Source: Chrysomallon squamiferum (lineage: Eukaryota; Animalia; Mollusca). Taken from it: a DNA stretch of 64,000 nt. The DNA lies in the NCBI GenBank assembly GCA_012295275.1, contig CM022677.1:11532001-11596000 (forward strand), written 5' to 3'. The notes beneath the pieces are model-generated. The model ran no database searches. It saw nothing but the letters and a program-made list of their open reading frames with translations, and was not told the DNA's origin. Shown in pieces: positions 37,680 through 50,490 of the stretch (position 1 is its first letter; every line of letters starts with the position of its first letter). A program made the position numbers and the translations under genes.

Positions 37680-38818
37680 ATATACAGCAGAACTTTGTGC
37701 AACTAACGTGAGATAAGGTACGAAACGTTCATTTTATTAAAAGTAACGTGATATTTTACTTTCTAATACTAAATTGTATAATAAAAAGCCGTAATTTTAC
37801 TGTACGTGGAACTTAAATATTTTATACACTAAAGAAAATATTATCCTATTTTAGTTTATTTTGTGAATATAAATGTAAAGTGTCTTTTGTAAACTCTGAA
37901 TGTGAAGAAAGGATTCGATATTTTTATTGAAATGTACGCAAACTAATAAAAACATGTTCCTTATATTAATTCAGGTATTTTGTTTTCTGATTGATAGTCA
38001 GCGATCAAGTGTGTTAAGAGAATTTACATTATCCTCACTTGAAGAAATCTCGGTTGTTTTCACACGAGTGTTTACAATAAGTATTATGAAGTTCTCAGGA
38101 AAAGGATACATTTTTAGAGATAGAGTTGATGTTGAAGTGTGCACTTATTTACCCAAATGTTTTTCTGAAACGACTGAATATAAGAATTATAAATACTATT
38201 CTCAAACACTGTATTAGCACTAGCACTGAACATTCCATATAGATGAATAGAAATATTGTTATCTGTCACATTAATCCACAGTTCTGCCATATCAAAAAAT
38301 TATCGGGGCTTTTAGTGAGAAAGAAAAGGAACTTGCGTTTTTTGGCAACGTGTTGAACCTTGCCGCTAGACGTCTGTCTCCAGATCATTCTGCAAAACAA
38401 GAACCCGTAACACCCACCACTCTCGACGTGATCATTAATTCAGTAGTTCCCAGGCTTTTTGTTGACATGCCGAGTGAACATTCATCATACAAGTGACATT
38501 TACACGCGGAAGATTTTCTGGCAAACTGATACACAAATGTGTTCAAAGTTTTTGGAAGTGATATTTATTGCATACATAACAGTTCATTCAAATGTATCTG
38601 AAAACTGCATTAATAACGAATAACAAGCCAACAATACAAATTGTAAAAATTATATTTATTTTTAAAACTATCAGCATTAGTAATTATAACATCTAAATAA
38701 CAAGTGTATGTTCAAAGTCTGGTAGTAAAACACAGCTGCCTGAAATAAATATAATTTTTCAGTTAACAAGCAAAATTACTAACATAGATAGTCATAGAAT
38801 GTTCTGGTATTTTGAAAG

Positions 38819-38862
<44 letters not shown>

Positions 38863-39062
38863 AGGCAAAAAATATGAACAAGTGAAACAGAAATATGAGT
38901 GATATGTTGAATAACTAAAATGTGCTTAGACTACATTAATACAATAATAATATCAGCACAAAATATTTATTGTTAGCAAAGATAATAAGACAAAAAATAT
39001 ACAGTATCGCTGTGAAGACAGTGTTATTGTCGTTCCTACACAAAGTAGCTGAAACTATCGCA
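37680..39062 (+). repeat. Plus-orientation partner of the 8.8-12.2 kb blocks
   Basis: See feature 8765-12210. The adjacent 37470-37640 also resembles 20330-20520 of the composite repeat. Confidence 0.75.
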
Positions 39063-39598
39063 AAAAGAGCGTCCGAATATTTTGAGCTACAGTATATATA
39101 TCACTAGACTGTCTAATCATCTAAAGTGATCTCTCTGCCTACAGTAGATGTTTGTCATATAATTTGTTTATAATTATTAAACACTGAACTCTTGGTTTTG
39201 TTAACAAACAATATTTATATATAAATGTTTTAAGATATACAGAACATAATATATAAGAATGCCGATACTAGTTTTTTTTGTTTTACTAATCTTTGTTTTC
39301 TTTATGTCAAATTATAACTCTCTCTCTCATATACATTTACTTAAAGTTAAAAATAAAAATATAAATACATCAGTATCATTGATTATGCAAGTTCAACTGT
39401 ATACAAACCTCTGAATTACTAATTATTCTGTTTCATGCTGATCATTCTGTTTAGTGCCTTAAATCAAACATTATTTCATTTACCTAGTATTTCCTACAGG
39501 ACTTTATTTAATTTAATTCATAACCGTGGAGTCACTATTTCCATGACAGACATTTGTTTTTATCTATTAATCCTGGAAGCTTTAAGTGTATATTTTTA

Positions 39599-39745
<147 letters not shown>

Positions 39746-41229
39746 TTCCAATATTCTGAAAGTCTAATTATAATAATACATCAATTTAATCTCTGATATA
39801 AACTGAGAGGAATATCTGCAAGAGTAAAATAAAAAATAAACTTGCTCTCTTCTTACCACCATGTTGGTGATAATTTATTTTACAAAGTACATATTTTTAT
39901 ATATGTTATAAAAGTGATTAAAAAAATTCATTATAATCCTCCATAATGTATAATAATAGTTGTATAATTGAAAATAATAAAATAAAATTATATATTACTT
40001 GAAAGATGTTATAATTGTAGTTTAGAATATACTTTATTTTAATTACTAAAACTTACATTCAGGGAAGAAAACTGCTGAATAATACTTGCAGCATTAATTT
40101 GTGATGTTGTTGGGATATTTTAAAAAAGAAGAAACCCAAACAGATTTTCATGAATTAGATTTTTCTGTGTGGCTATACAATGTATGTTTGTACAAGTAAA
40201 AGGATTATTTTTAATATGATTTTTCTTTCTTTCTGTTTTTTGTTAAATCTATTTTTAACATAATGTTAAACAGTTGTTTGTGTGGGAGTTCATGTGTGTG
40301 TGTGTGTGTGTGTGTATGTGTGTGTGTGTGTATGTGTGTGTCTGTGTGGGGGTGGGGGGAGTGATACAGTTTGAATATTTTAAACAGAAATTTGTTTACG
40401 TATTAAAAATGAAATGAAGCTTTTGTACACAAAATAGTTTTTTCTTATAGTATTTTTTTAATTTTTTTTTTGTATTACTAGTCCCTGATGTGTACGGTTT
40501 ACCATTGTTTTTTATATATATTAGTATATATATATATATAGACAGAAAATATGCCTGAGCTTTATAAACTTTAATTATTATTTTCATTTTATGGTGATGT
40601 GTGAAACATAAAATTTGTTTTCTTAAAATAAGCCTCATTTTTGATATTTGTATTTATATAGAAATAAAATTATCTTCTTTGTAGATTTTATTCCTCAGAA
40701 ATGATGTTGTTTTGGAAAAAGAGTTGTTGTACCCCCTCCCCCAAAACTAATAATAACTGAAAAATAATTAAACTTCCTGTTATAGAAAACGAAGCCTGTT
40801 TATAATTTGAACTGCAAATCATCCAGAAATAAATTCTTATTTGCTTTCTTTCAAAAAGATTAGTTCATACTTTTAAACTTTCAGTTACATTTTGATTCAC
40901 TTTGTATTTAACAGTCATTGGTGGTTTCAGACTTGTAAAACTTTAAAGTGTAATAAAGAAAAAGCAAAGTCAATAGTAAACAGTGTGAAATTAAGGAGAC
41001 TAAAAATTAAGCATTTCTTTTGCTGAAAATGATTTTATATTTAACAGCTTTATAGTTTGGTTATTTCTAGTAATTTATCACGTTCGAACTCTGTTTTAGG
41101 TGTTTATTTTAATTTAATTTATTTATTTGTTTATTCATAACAATTATTTCTAAATATATGGCTGGCTGTATGATGATTTTAATTTTGTTTTAAGTTTTTT
41201 TTTTTTTTTTTTATTTTTCTTCATCAGGA

Positions 41230-41260
<31 letters not shown>

Positions 41261-41666
41261 TGTTATAGCAATTATTATTACTATTATAATTATTATTACT
41301 ATTATTATTATTATTAGTAGTAGTAGTATTAATAACACTCTTTGACTAGGAGAAGTGCAGTATAAATTGAAAAAATACTAAAAGTGTTTCCAGATTAAAA
41401 GCCTTTTTTTATTAAGAATATTAAAGGCTTGAGGTAAAGTTATATTGATAACTAGAGGTAGAATGTTAAACTTTGACTTAGTAGTTTAAGTCAGTGTATA
41501 GAGAGACATGCAGTGTTAGTTTACACTGAAACACTGATTAGTTTGTAGACTGTTTAGATCATCTGAGAATAAAAGTCATTAGTGTAATATTTTATTATAT
41601 CTCTATTCATTTATCCTTTCATTCATCTATCTTTTTACACATCCAGTGTCTGTGTGTGTGTGTGTT

Positions 41667-41701
<35 letters not shown>

Positions 41702-42242
41702 TATTTGTAGTGATATAAAAGAATATAACTGGTTTCAGACATAAAATAAAGTTACATGTATGTGTTTGTGTTTGAATATTATATATATATATATATATAT
41801 ATCATGTATCATGTATGTATACATGTTATTGCTGGTGTGATTTGAATATACATGACTATTCTAAAACATGGCAGTATATGAGTGTTTGTGTATATTTGTC
41901 TGCATGAGTGCAAGTATGTGAATGTGTATTACAGTTATATATGCAAATATTTGTGTATTTTGTGTCTATATCAGGCTAGTTATTATCAACCTGCTAAACA
42001 CTTGTTTATTAAACACCCTTTGTGTTTTGCTCAAATATCCTGTTTCCAAGCTAAATGAACCAACTCCTGGCCTGTCACTATCATTGTATGTATTTATTTA
42101 TTTATTTATTTTTATTTTAATTTTATTTTTTTTTTTTTTTTATATAAATAATCAGACTGGATCAGTGGAGGAGAGACTGTTTCAATAAAAAAAAACCAGC
42201 ACATTTCTGAGAAACTGCAGTTCAGATGGACACAGGTATTTT

Positions 42243-42352
<110 letters not shown>

Positions 42353-42830
42353 AAAATAAAATGACCATAAACACCATAATGAAATTCATGACTACTGAGA
42401 ACTAACTTAGAAGCAGTGCATTGTGTGTATAGGATAAAGTGATAAAAAATCAAGATAAGCCTGTTGTTTGAAAAAGATTATGTTTAAATGATTGCAAATG
42501 AGAACAATTGATCAAAATGTGACTGTCTGTTAATATACACTGACAGTGTTCACATCAAAGTGAAAATGTTTCAAAAATTAAAATATTGTCCAATACAACT
42601 GACCAATACTGGGAGGACAAAGACAATTTCATCCTTCTGTATTTGCCTGTCTCCATCCTACACTGTCACATTCATCTAGCTAAGTGTTAGATATGATATG
42701 TATGTATGTGTGTGAATATGTGATTTCTTATTACTGAGAGAAAATGGGTCTATATGTATAATGTGTGTGCAAGAGTGTGTATGTATATCTGAGAGATAAA
42801 TGAAAAGATAGACTAGAAGTTTGATAAACA

Positions 42831-43094
42831 CAGACATACAGAGAAATGTGTATAATGAGAAGGTATATAATTAGTGAGATAGACTGACAGACACAGAGCC
42901 AGACATACAGAGAGATGTGTATAAAGAGAAGGGTATATAATTAGTGAGATAGACTGACAGACACAGAGCCAGACATACAGAGAGATGTGTATAATGAGAA
43001 GGGTATATAATTAGTGAGATAGACTAACAGACACAGACATACAGAGAGATGTGTATAATGAGAAGGGTATATAATTAGTGAGATAGACTGACAG
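42831..43094. repeat. Minisatellite, ~70-bp unit, about 4 copies
   Basis: TTAGTGAGATAGACTGACAGACACAGAGCCAGACATACAGAGAGATGTGTATAATGAGAAGGGTATATAA starts near 42871, 42941, 43011 and 43074. Confidence 0.95.
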
Positions 43095-43598
43095 AGAGGA
43101 AGACATAAGATAACAGGCACACAGACTGATACAGAGACATATAAAGAGCTAAGCTGATAGGCATATGTGTATGAGAAAGAACATAAGGACATTCTGGAGA
43201 TAACATTATTATGAATGAACATATGGATAGAGCAGTGGACAGAAAGCTGTTTGTTTGGATTATCAATGACATATTAATAGTAAAACGATTCCTAAAAGCC
43301 AAGAATACTAAAGATATTTCAATATACTCAGTCTTTCAAGGTAATTTCTTTTTACAATTCTTTACATCAAAGTCCAATAAAAATCTTTTTCTATAAACCT
43401 GCCTGTCTACATGAGAATCTCTAGTTATACATTTGTACATATGTCTGTCATCCTTTCTGTCTCAATATAACAAAGCACACCATACTCTACCCATCTCACT
43501 GTCAGTTCTGTTTATCTATCTATCATCTACTTGTATATGCTGCTGTCAATCTACGTGTGTGTGTGTGTTTTGTTATTTCTCTCTCTCTGTCTCTCTTG

Positions 43599-43645
<47 letters not shown>

Positions 43646-44565
43646 CCCTAAACTATTATGTTATTCTGTAAAGTAATTATTTTAAAGAATGTTGTGATAT
43701 TTAAAATCTACTTGTACATAGTCCAGTGTAATCAAACAAAACTCCAATAACATATTTATATGATTAAAATAAAATTCTTCTGTCATTACTTCATTTAAAT
43801 TTTAAAACTATTTTATATTGTTTCTGTCTGTCTGTACAGCTACCTGTACATTCACCTACCTGTCTCTGTCTGTATAATTAATGTGTATAATAATGATAAT
43901 GATGAATATAATAAATTAAGTAATAATAATTAATGACAACAATAATAGTAGTAATAGTAGTAATAATAATAGCAACAATAACAAACATTATAATAGTACT
44001 TATTGATTATAATAAGTATAATATGTAACATATGTTAACAAGAAAAAGAAGGAATTGATGTTTTATTTAACAGTATATATATGTTTTTGCTTTTACATTA
44101 AACACTAATATTATGATGGAAGGAGGAAATGTGTTTTTAAAGAGAAATGTGAAAAAATATTTTTAATCTGATTCCATTAATAACTGAACTGAACTGTACT
44201 GTAGAAAAAAGTTCATGAAAGGAAACACAGATCTCTTCATAGATCATTTTCAGATCATCTATTTTTTATTTATTTATTTTTAATTAAAACAATTATAAGG
44301 TTTATATAAAGTTTGAAATGAGATATTTAAAAAATGACAAAGCACAGCTATTAATAACTTTAATAATTAGTACATGTATCTTAAAAGATAAGAAATTTTT
44401 AAAATATTTCTCTGAATTCATTTTTCATAAAAAAGGTTCTTTAAATTCATTTCTGAAACATCAATACCAATGATGATTTTAATTTGGTTTGATAAGAACA
44501 AGAAAATTAAAATAAAAATTAAAATTAAAATAAATAAATGGATAAACTAAAAAGTAATAATTTTG

Positions 44566-44620
<55 letters not shown>

Positions 44621-44786
44621 CAACATTATAAATAAGTAAAGTAAAACAAAATCTAAATAAAAATAAATAAAAATCAACAATTAAGAAATGAAAAAAAAGA
44701 AGGAAAATGAGAAGAATGTATTATCTGTGTTTAAAAGAAATTAAACTTTTACAGTTAACATGGTAAAGCACTTTTACCTTGGGTGG

Positions 44787-45060
44787 GTGTTTTGTGTGTC
44801 AGTGTGTGTGAATGTGTTTTGTGTGTCAGTGTGTGTGAATGTGTTTTGTGTGTCAGTGTGTGAATGTGTTTTGTGTGTCAGTGTGTGTGAATGTGTTTTG
44901 TGTGTCAGTGTGTGTGAATGTGTTTTGTGTGTCAGTGTGTGAATGTGTTTTGTGTGTCAGTGTGTGTGAATGTGTGTTTTGTGTGTCAGTGTGTGAATGT
45001 GTTTTGTGTGTCAGTGTGTGTGAATGTGTTTTGTGTGTCAGTGTGTGTGAATGTGTTTTG
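44787..45060. repeat. GT-rich minisatellite, 23-27-bp unit, about 11 copies
   Basis: GTGTTTTGTGTGTCAGTGTG(TG)TGAAT repeated. Confidence 0.97.
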
Positions 45061-45294
45061 GTGATGTGTTTATTATTTGTTTGTCTTTTAAATTTTGTTA
45101 CCAAGGTATAAGTTAATAATACATTTTATAATATTATTTTATTCAGTTCTACACACGTTACAGTTATATAGCTTTTTAACTTAAATAATATGAAGAAATT
45201 ATTTAGTGTTGACTGCAGACTTGAATATAAAAGTCGTGACTAATTTAGAACATTTTAAATAAAGATTAAAGTGTCTTAAAATAAAAGAAAAAAT

Positions 45295-45712
45295 TCATGA
45301 ATGTCAAACTTTCATGAATCATTCTGTGACTGACAAAAACAAGTACTATAATATTACATTTTAGATTTTAGATTCTTTTAGTTCTGTTTTTAACAAAAAC
45401 ATTTTGAATTAATGTAAGTTTTGATGAATGTCCTGATATAAAACAACAGGTACTATAATATCATATTTTAGATTTTATATTATTTTATTTCTGTTTTTAC
45501 CAATAACATTTTGAATTAATACTGTAATACAGGTATTTAATAAAAGTTTTCATGAACATAAAAAATAAGAAGTATTTTATTTCACGTTTTAGATTTTTGA
45601 TTCTTTTTGTTCTGTTTTTAACATTAACATTTTGAATTAATATTGTAATACAGGTAAATGATAAATGTTTTCATGAATGTCCTTATATAACAATATTATT
45701 TTCACTTTAGAT
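45295..45712. repeat. Diverged AT-rich tandem repeat, ~110-120-bp unit, 3-4 copies
   Basis: TTTTAGATTTT...TTCTGTTTTTA...AACATTTTGAATTAAT recurs near 45360, 45467 and 45587. Confidence 0.8.
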
Positions 45713-47582
45713 CAGTTTCCAAAAGTATAGTATTTTAAACAAATACAGTCATAAACAAAATGAAACAAATATACAAGTAAAAGACTAACAATAAAGATAA
45801 CAACTGCATTAAAATAAAATAAAATAATTTTCTTCATAGAAAAAACCGGAAAAAGAAAAAGAAAAAAAAGAAAACAAAGAAAAAAAACAATAATAATAAT
45901 TTAAAAAAAATGTAGATAGGAATAATTATAAATATGTTATTTCTTTTACTTTAAGAGAACCACATTTAATAAAAACCATTAAAATACAAAAATAAGCCAG
46001 TTTTTCATCAACTAACTGACAGACAAAAAGTAACTACACCAAAAAGAAAATTATATATATATTTTATTTATTATTACTTCAGTTCAGTCTTTTAAGAATA
46101 ATAAAATTTGCAAAAAACAAAACAGAATAGTAACAAAAATTAAAAAACGTTTTAACAAGATAAATGAAAAGGACCTTATGTTACCTACATCTATTAATTT
46201 TACTCATACTTGAAATAGCTCATTATAACTTGTTTTACACTTGTTAATATTCAAGTAGGTAAAGAAAAAGAAGAAAAAAAAGGTTTTTACCATTGACCTT
46301 TTATATAATATAAAGTTATCTATTACTTTAATTGTAGTTTTTAATAACTGTTTTTTGTTATTAATATTAACTCATACAAATAAATTCAAGAAATGTTTCA
46401 ACTTTCTGAACTGTAAGTGGAATGTGTCTGGATATTACTTGGTAACAAATACAACTATGATTTGTGTATGATTTAAATTATTTACAGTTTATTTTTAATG
46501 ATAACTCTTAAAATAGTATCATTGTGGAAGTTTTTACTGCTGATATGTTGAAATGTTAATATATAACACAGAATATATTTAGATATACAATTATATTCAC
46601 GGAACTGCTTATCCCTTTAAGTCTAATTATTTTATAATATCCACTGTTAATATTGTCATTATTACATATTTTCTTTTCACAAAAATAACTGAACACAGTT
46701 TCTTAGTTTCTATAATTTATTCAATGTTGAATATTTAGTGAGTTGAAGCAAACTGAAAAGAAGAACAAAATGGATAGTTCACTAGCATATCAAACAAACA
46801 AGTTACATGATAGCAAAGTAGAATAACTAAATAACTAAGCAAATAAATAAAGTATAAAACAGTCTTATTTCTCTTCATACAGTTGATAATTATTCATGTT
46901 ATATCATTTTATGTACAATTTTCACACTTGTTTTGGTGATATGTTTATTATTTGTTTGTCTTTTAAATTTTGTTACCAAGGTAAAAGTTAATAATACATT
47001 TTATAATATTATTTTATTCAGTTCTACACACGTTATTATTTCTATTAAGTGCAAGCAAGGTCTGTGTGTGTCTGTGTGTCTGTGTGTGTTCGTGTGTGTG
47101 TGTTAAAGTAAATGGAGAAACATTAGAAGAATAAATATTTAACATCCAGTTATACACACAACTACACACATTAGACATTCAGAACCATAAAAATAACAAC
47201 AAACCAACCTCTAAAAACACAACAACATGGAAAACATAAAACTCACTAAATCAGATGATTCAGCAATGAAAATTAGGATTTCCAAAAGACAGCAGGTTAA
47301 AAAGGCAAAATTTGATTTTTAAAAAAGAAAAATGTTGACCAGAAGCTATAAGGTGATAAATAGAAAAACACGATAAATCACCAACAAACACTGACACAGA
47401 CAAAACCCTGAACAGAAAATAATGAAAATTTGAACATTTTTGTATCCTTACAAACAAATAAAAACAGTACGGATATGGAGGATGAAGGGAGTGTAAGGGA
47501 AATAGCTCTAATCTATGTTTCTGAACACATATCACTAAAGGGAGATAACTCTAATTGATGTAATTTTTACTTTAATTATATC

Positions 47583-47674
47583 GATTAGAGTTATTTCCCT
47601 TACGTGAGATGTACTCATAATTAGCGTATGAAAGCTTAGTAAGTACATCTCACGTAAGGGACATAACTCTAATC
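47583..47674. other. Near-perfect hairpin (33-bp arms, 26-nt loop) built from the AGAGTTATxTCCCTT motif family
   Basis: GATTAGAGTTATTTCCCTTACGTGAGATGTACT (47583-47615) pairs with AGTACATCTCACGTAAGGGACATAACTCTAATC (47642-47674) with one mismatch. Confidence 0.85.
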
Positions 47675-48089
47675 TATGTTTGTGAACATATATCAAAAGA
47701 GAATTAATAATGATACAGATAAGTTATCGTTAAGAGAGGGAGACAAATGATAGAGATATAGCTAAAGAGTCACGGAAAAATGATAGATAAAGGTAGAGGG
47801 AAAAAAGATGATAGAGATAAAGATAGAGAGACAGAGACAAGTGATAGAGATATAAGTAGAGGCAAACAAATGATTGATAGTCTGATTCATGGGATAGACA
47901 GATGTAGTTAGACAAGGGACACGGGTACAGAGATACGGGTACAGCGAGGCATGCGATAGAGATATAGATAGAGAGTCAGAGACACGTATTAGTGATGTAG
48001 GTAAAGAGAAGGAGACAAGTCAAAGATATAGGTAGAACGACAAATGATAGAGATAAAGATGAGGCAGACTTTGATAGATATACATATAA

Positions 48090-48300
48090 AAATCATACAC
48101 ACAGGGCATTCTTCTCTGTTTCATACAGAGGTCAATACCTGTTCTCTCTCTCTATAACACACAAACACATATAACCACACCTACATATCAGTCTCTCAGT
48201 ATATCTATCTATAATCTAGCCTTTCTTTTTAACACACACGCCCAAATATAAACATACTCTCATTTACACAGTCATTTATATCCCAATCCTCTAAATACAT
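48090..48300 (+). repeat. Isolated module of the composite repeat
   Basis: CTCTGTTTCATACAGAGGTCAATACCTGTTCTCTCTC...CACATATAACCACACCTACA matches 28225-28300 and 53500-53575. Confidence 0.8.
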
Positions 48301-48721
48301 AACAATATATTCATAGACATTAAGTGGAAGTTTTTTGTTCCATTCCATAATAACCAAGAATCATCCACTGTTATCTATTGGAGAATAATCAATCAACACT
48401 GATGTGTACTGTCAACATTTTCTCTGTCTGGAAAATGCTTTGGAAAGAAAAATCCATGTTGGTCTATATCTCAACTGTTTGAAGTAACCTTTATAGTCTT
48501 CTCCATATTTTTATAACTGAAGATGATTCCAGAATCATGTCTTTCCTGTAGATGCAATAATAATTAATTATTATCTAAATCTTAACATACATTATTTAAT
48601 TGACTATTTTTTTACCTATTCCAGGCTAGGAGCATATAATTAATTTGCACAATAAAATTCTTTGGGACGAAATATTTCAGTCATGGAACATAATTATAAA
48701 TTATCAATGAATTATACTTTA

Positions 48722-49276
48722 GGGTCATTCCGTGTCAAATCACCCTCAAAAAAAAGAAATTTAAACCCGACCGTCTCAGATTTTTATGAAACTTGGTATA
48801 CTTGTTGACTGGGATCCCACAGCATCAAAACTGAAATGTTAGCCCAATCAGACCAGTGGTGTGGAAGATATGGCCCACCGAATTTTGAGATGTTTGCCAA
48901 AAATGGGTGTGACCACCAACCTTAGAACCCTTATATCTCAGGAACTATTGGGCCAATCTTCATAAAATTGGTATTGTTAGAAAGGCAAAATGACAAGGAT
49001 TCCAAAGCTGCCATTTGTGTTTAGTTTCGAAAAGTTTGGAATACCTTGACCTTTTGACCTTTGCTATGACCTTGAAATTAACCATGTGGATCACGTGATC
49101 TTGAGATGACCTTTATTGAAATTTAATCTTCCACATGTTAACTAAAACATATAAAAGTTTCATATTGGCCGTCAAATTTGGTGCTGTGGGATCCCAGTCA
49201 ACAAGTATACTAAGTTTCATCGAAAATCAGAGACGGTCGGGTTTAAACCATTGGGTGAGTTGACACGGAATGACCC
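48722..49276. mobile_element. Complete non-autonomous DNA transposon (MITE), 555 bp, ~110-bp imperfect TIRs, 4-bp TTTA TSD
   Basis: Left end GGGTCATTCCGTGTCAA...TTAAACCCGACCGTCTC...GTATACTTGTTGACTGGGATCCCACAGCA is mirrored at the right end (...TTGACACGGAATGACCC). TTTA lies at 48718-48721 and 49277-49280. Confidence 0.92.
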
Positions 49277-49964
49277 TTTAACAATTTTTAATATTGACTT
49301 TATTTATCTGGATATGATGGTAACGTTCAGAAGAAGCAAAAATAACTTTTAAAAAGGTAAATGCGTTGCCTGCAACAAACCTTACAATTAATGAATTAAA
49401 ACCTTGATTAAAAATATAATTTTAATTGGCATGCATTACAGAGAACAAAATAAAGAGAATTCTATCATTTTAACTAACACTCTTTGAAATAAATATTGCC
49501 ATCAAATTATTGTTTTATAACTTATAGAGAAAAAAAAGGTCATCCAAATAATATTTTAACATTCCAGTCACCCAAACAGAACTTTGGTATCATTTGGCCA
49601 TTGGCCATTATACGCCCTGCATTCATATGTAATGTACATGTGTACTTAAACACATTACTATTACTTATTATTACAAAACATACCACTTACTTCAGAACAG
49701 TTCTCTGTTTTATTGAATTCCTCTGACTGGCCAGTATCAGTATCAGACGAATTTGGCATCTTCAGGCTTTTTTTTCTCAAAATCACTTGCAAAACCAGAA
49801 AGAGATTTATTTTCAGCTTGCACAATTAAATTTGCAAAACAAGATGACATTTTAGCAATTTTGGAATTAAAGCTTCACTATTTATGAAAAAAAAAAAAAT
49901 TAAAAATTCGTTTCGACCTTTGCAGCAATTACTACTCAATAAAGGATATATATGTATAAACGGT

Positions 49965-50490
49965 ATAAGTTATATGATGTATTTCCCCAAATTGCTTTTA
50001 ATAATCCATATAGACTTGACTGGATGTTTAAAAGTTTGTAAACACTGATCGGCGTTCGACGCTGCCATCTTGGATTTCGATCGGACGTTTCCGTTAGCGC
50101 TCGGAAACCGTCTGATCGGGTTTTTGAACTTCCAATTTCAACTGTTTTACGTCTATTTTCTTAACTTTTTTATGATTTGTAAATTAGATTTGGCAACGTT
50201 CCCCAACAGAAACGAAGATTCAGGTTTAATTCTGGAAGTATTTTTTCATAGCCATCTTTAAAAGTTGATTCATTATTCAACTTGTTAGGTACGTTATACC
50301 AATTAATGAAAAATTAAGCTTATTATTTATTTATTTATTTATTATGCAAAATAAAATTATCTAATATTGTTAATTAAAAAATAACACTTGTATTTTTCAA
50401 TAAACTGTGTTTTCAATACATAATATTATAGCTGCACCTCTGTTTAGAACATAAAACATGTAGCATAAATAGTGAAGTGGCGTGTTATTA
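49965..50490 (+). repeat. Deleted mini-copy of the composite repeat
   Basis: 49965-50180 resembles 54464-54670 (GATCGGCGTTCGA.GCTGCCATCTTGGATTTCGATCGG), and 50262-50490 resembles 56795-56995. Confidence 0.8.
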
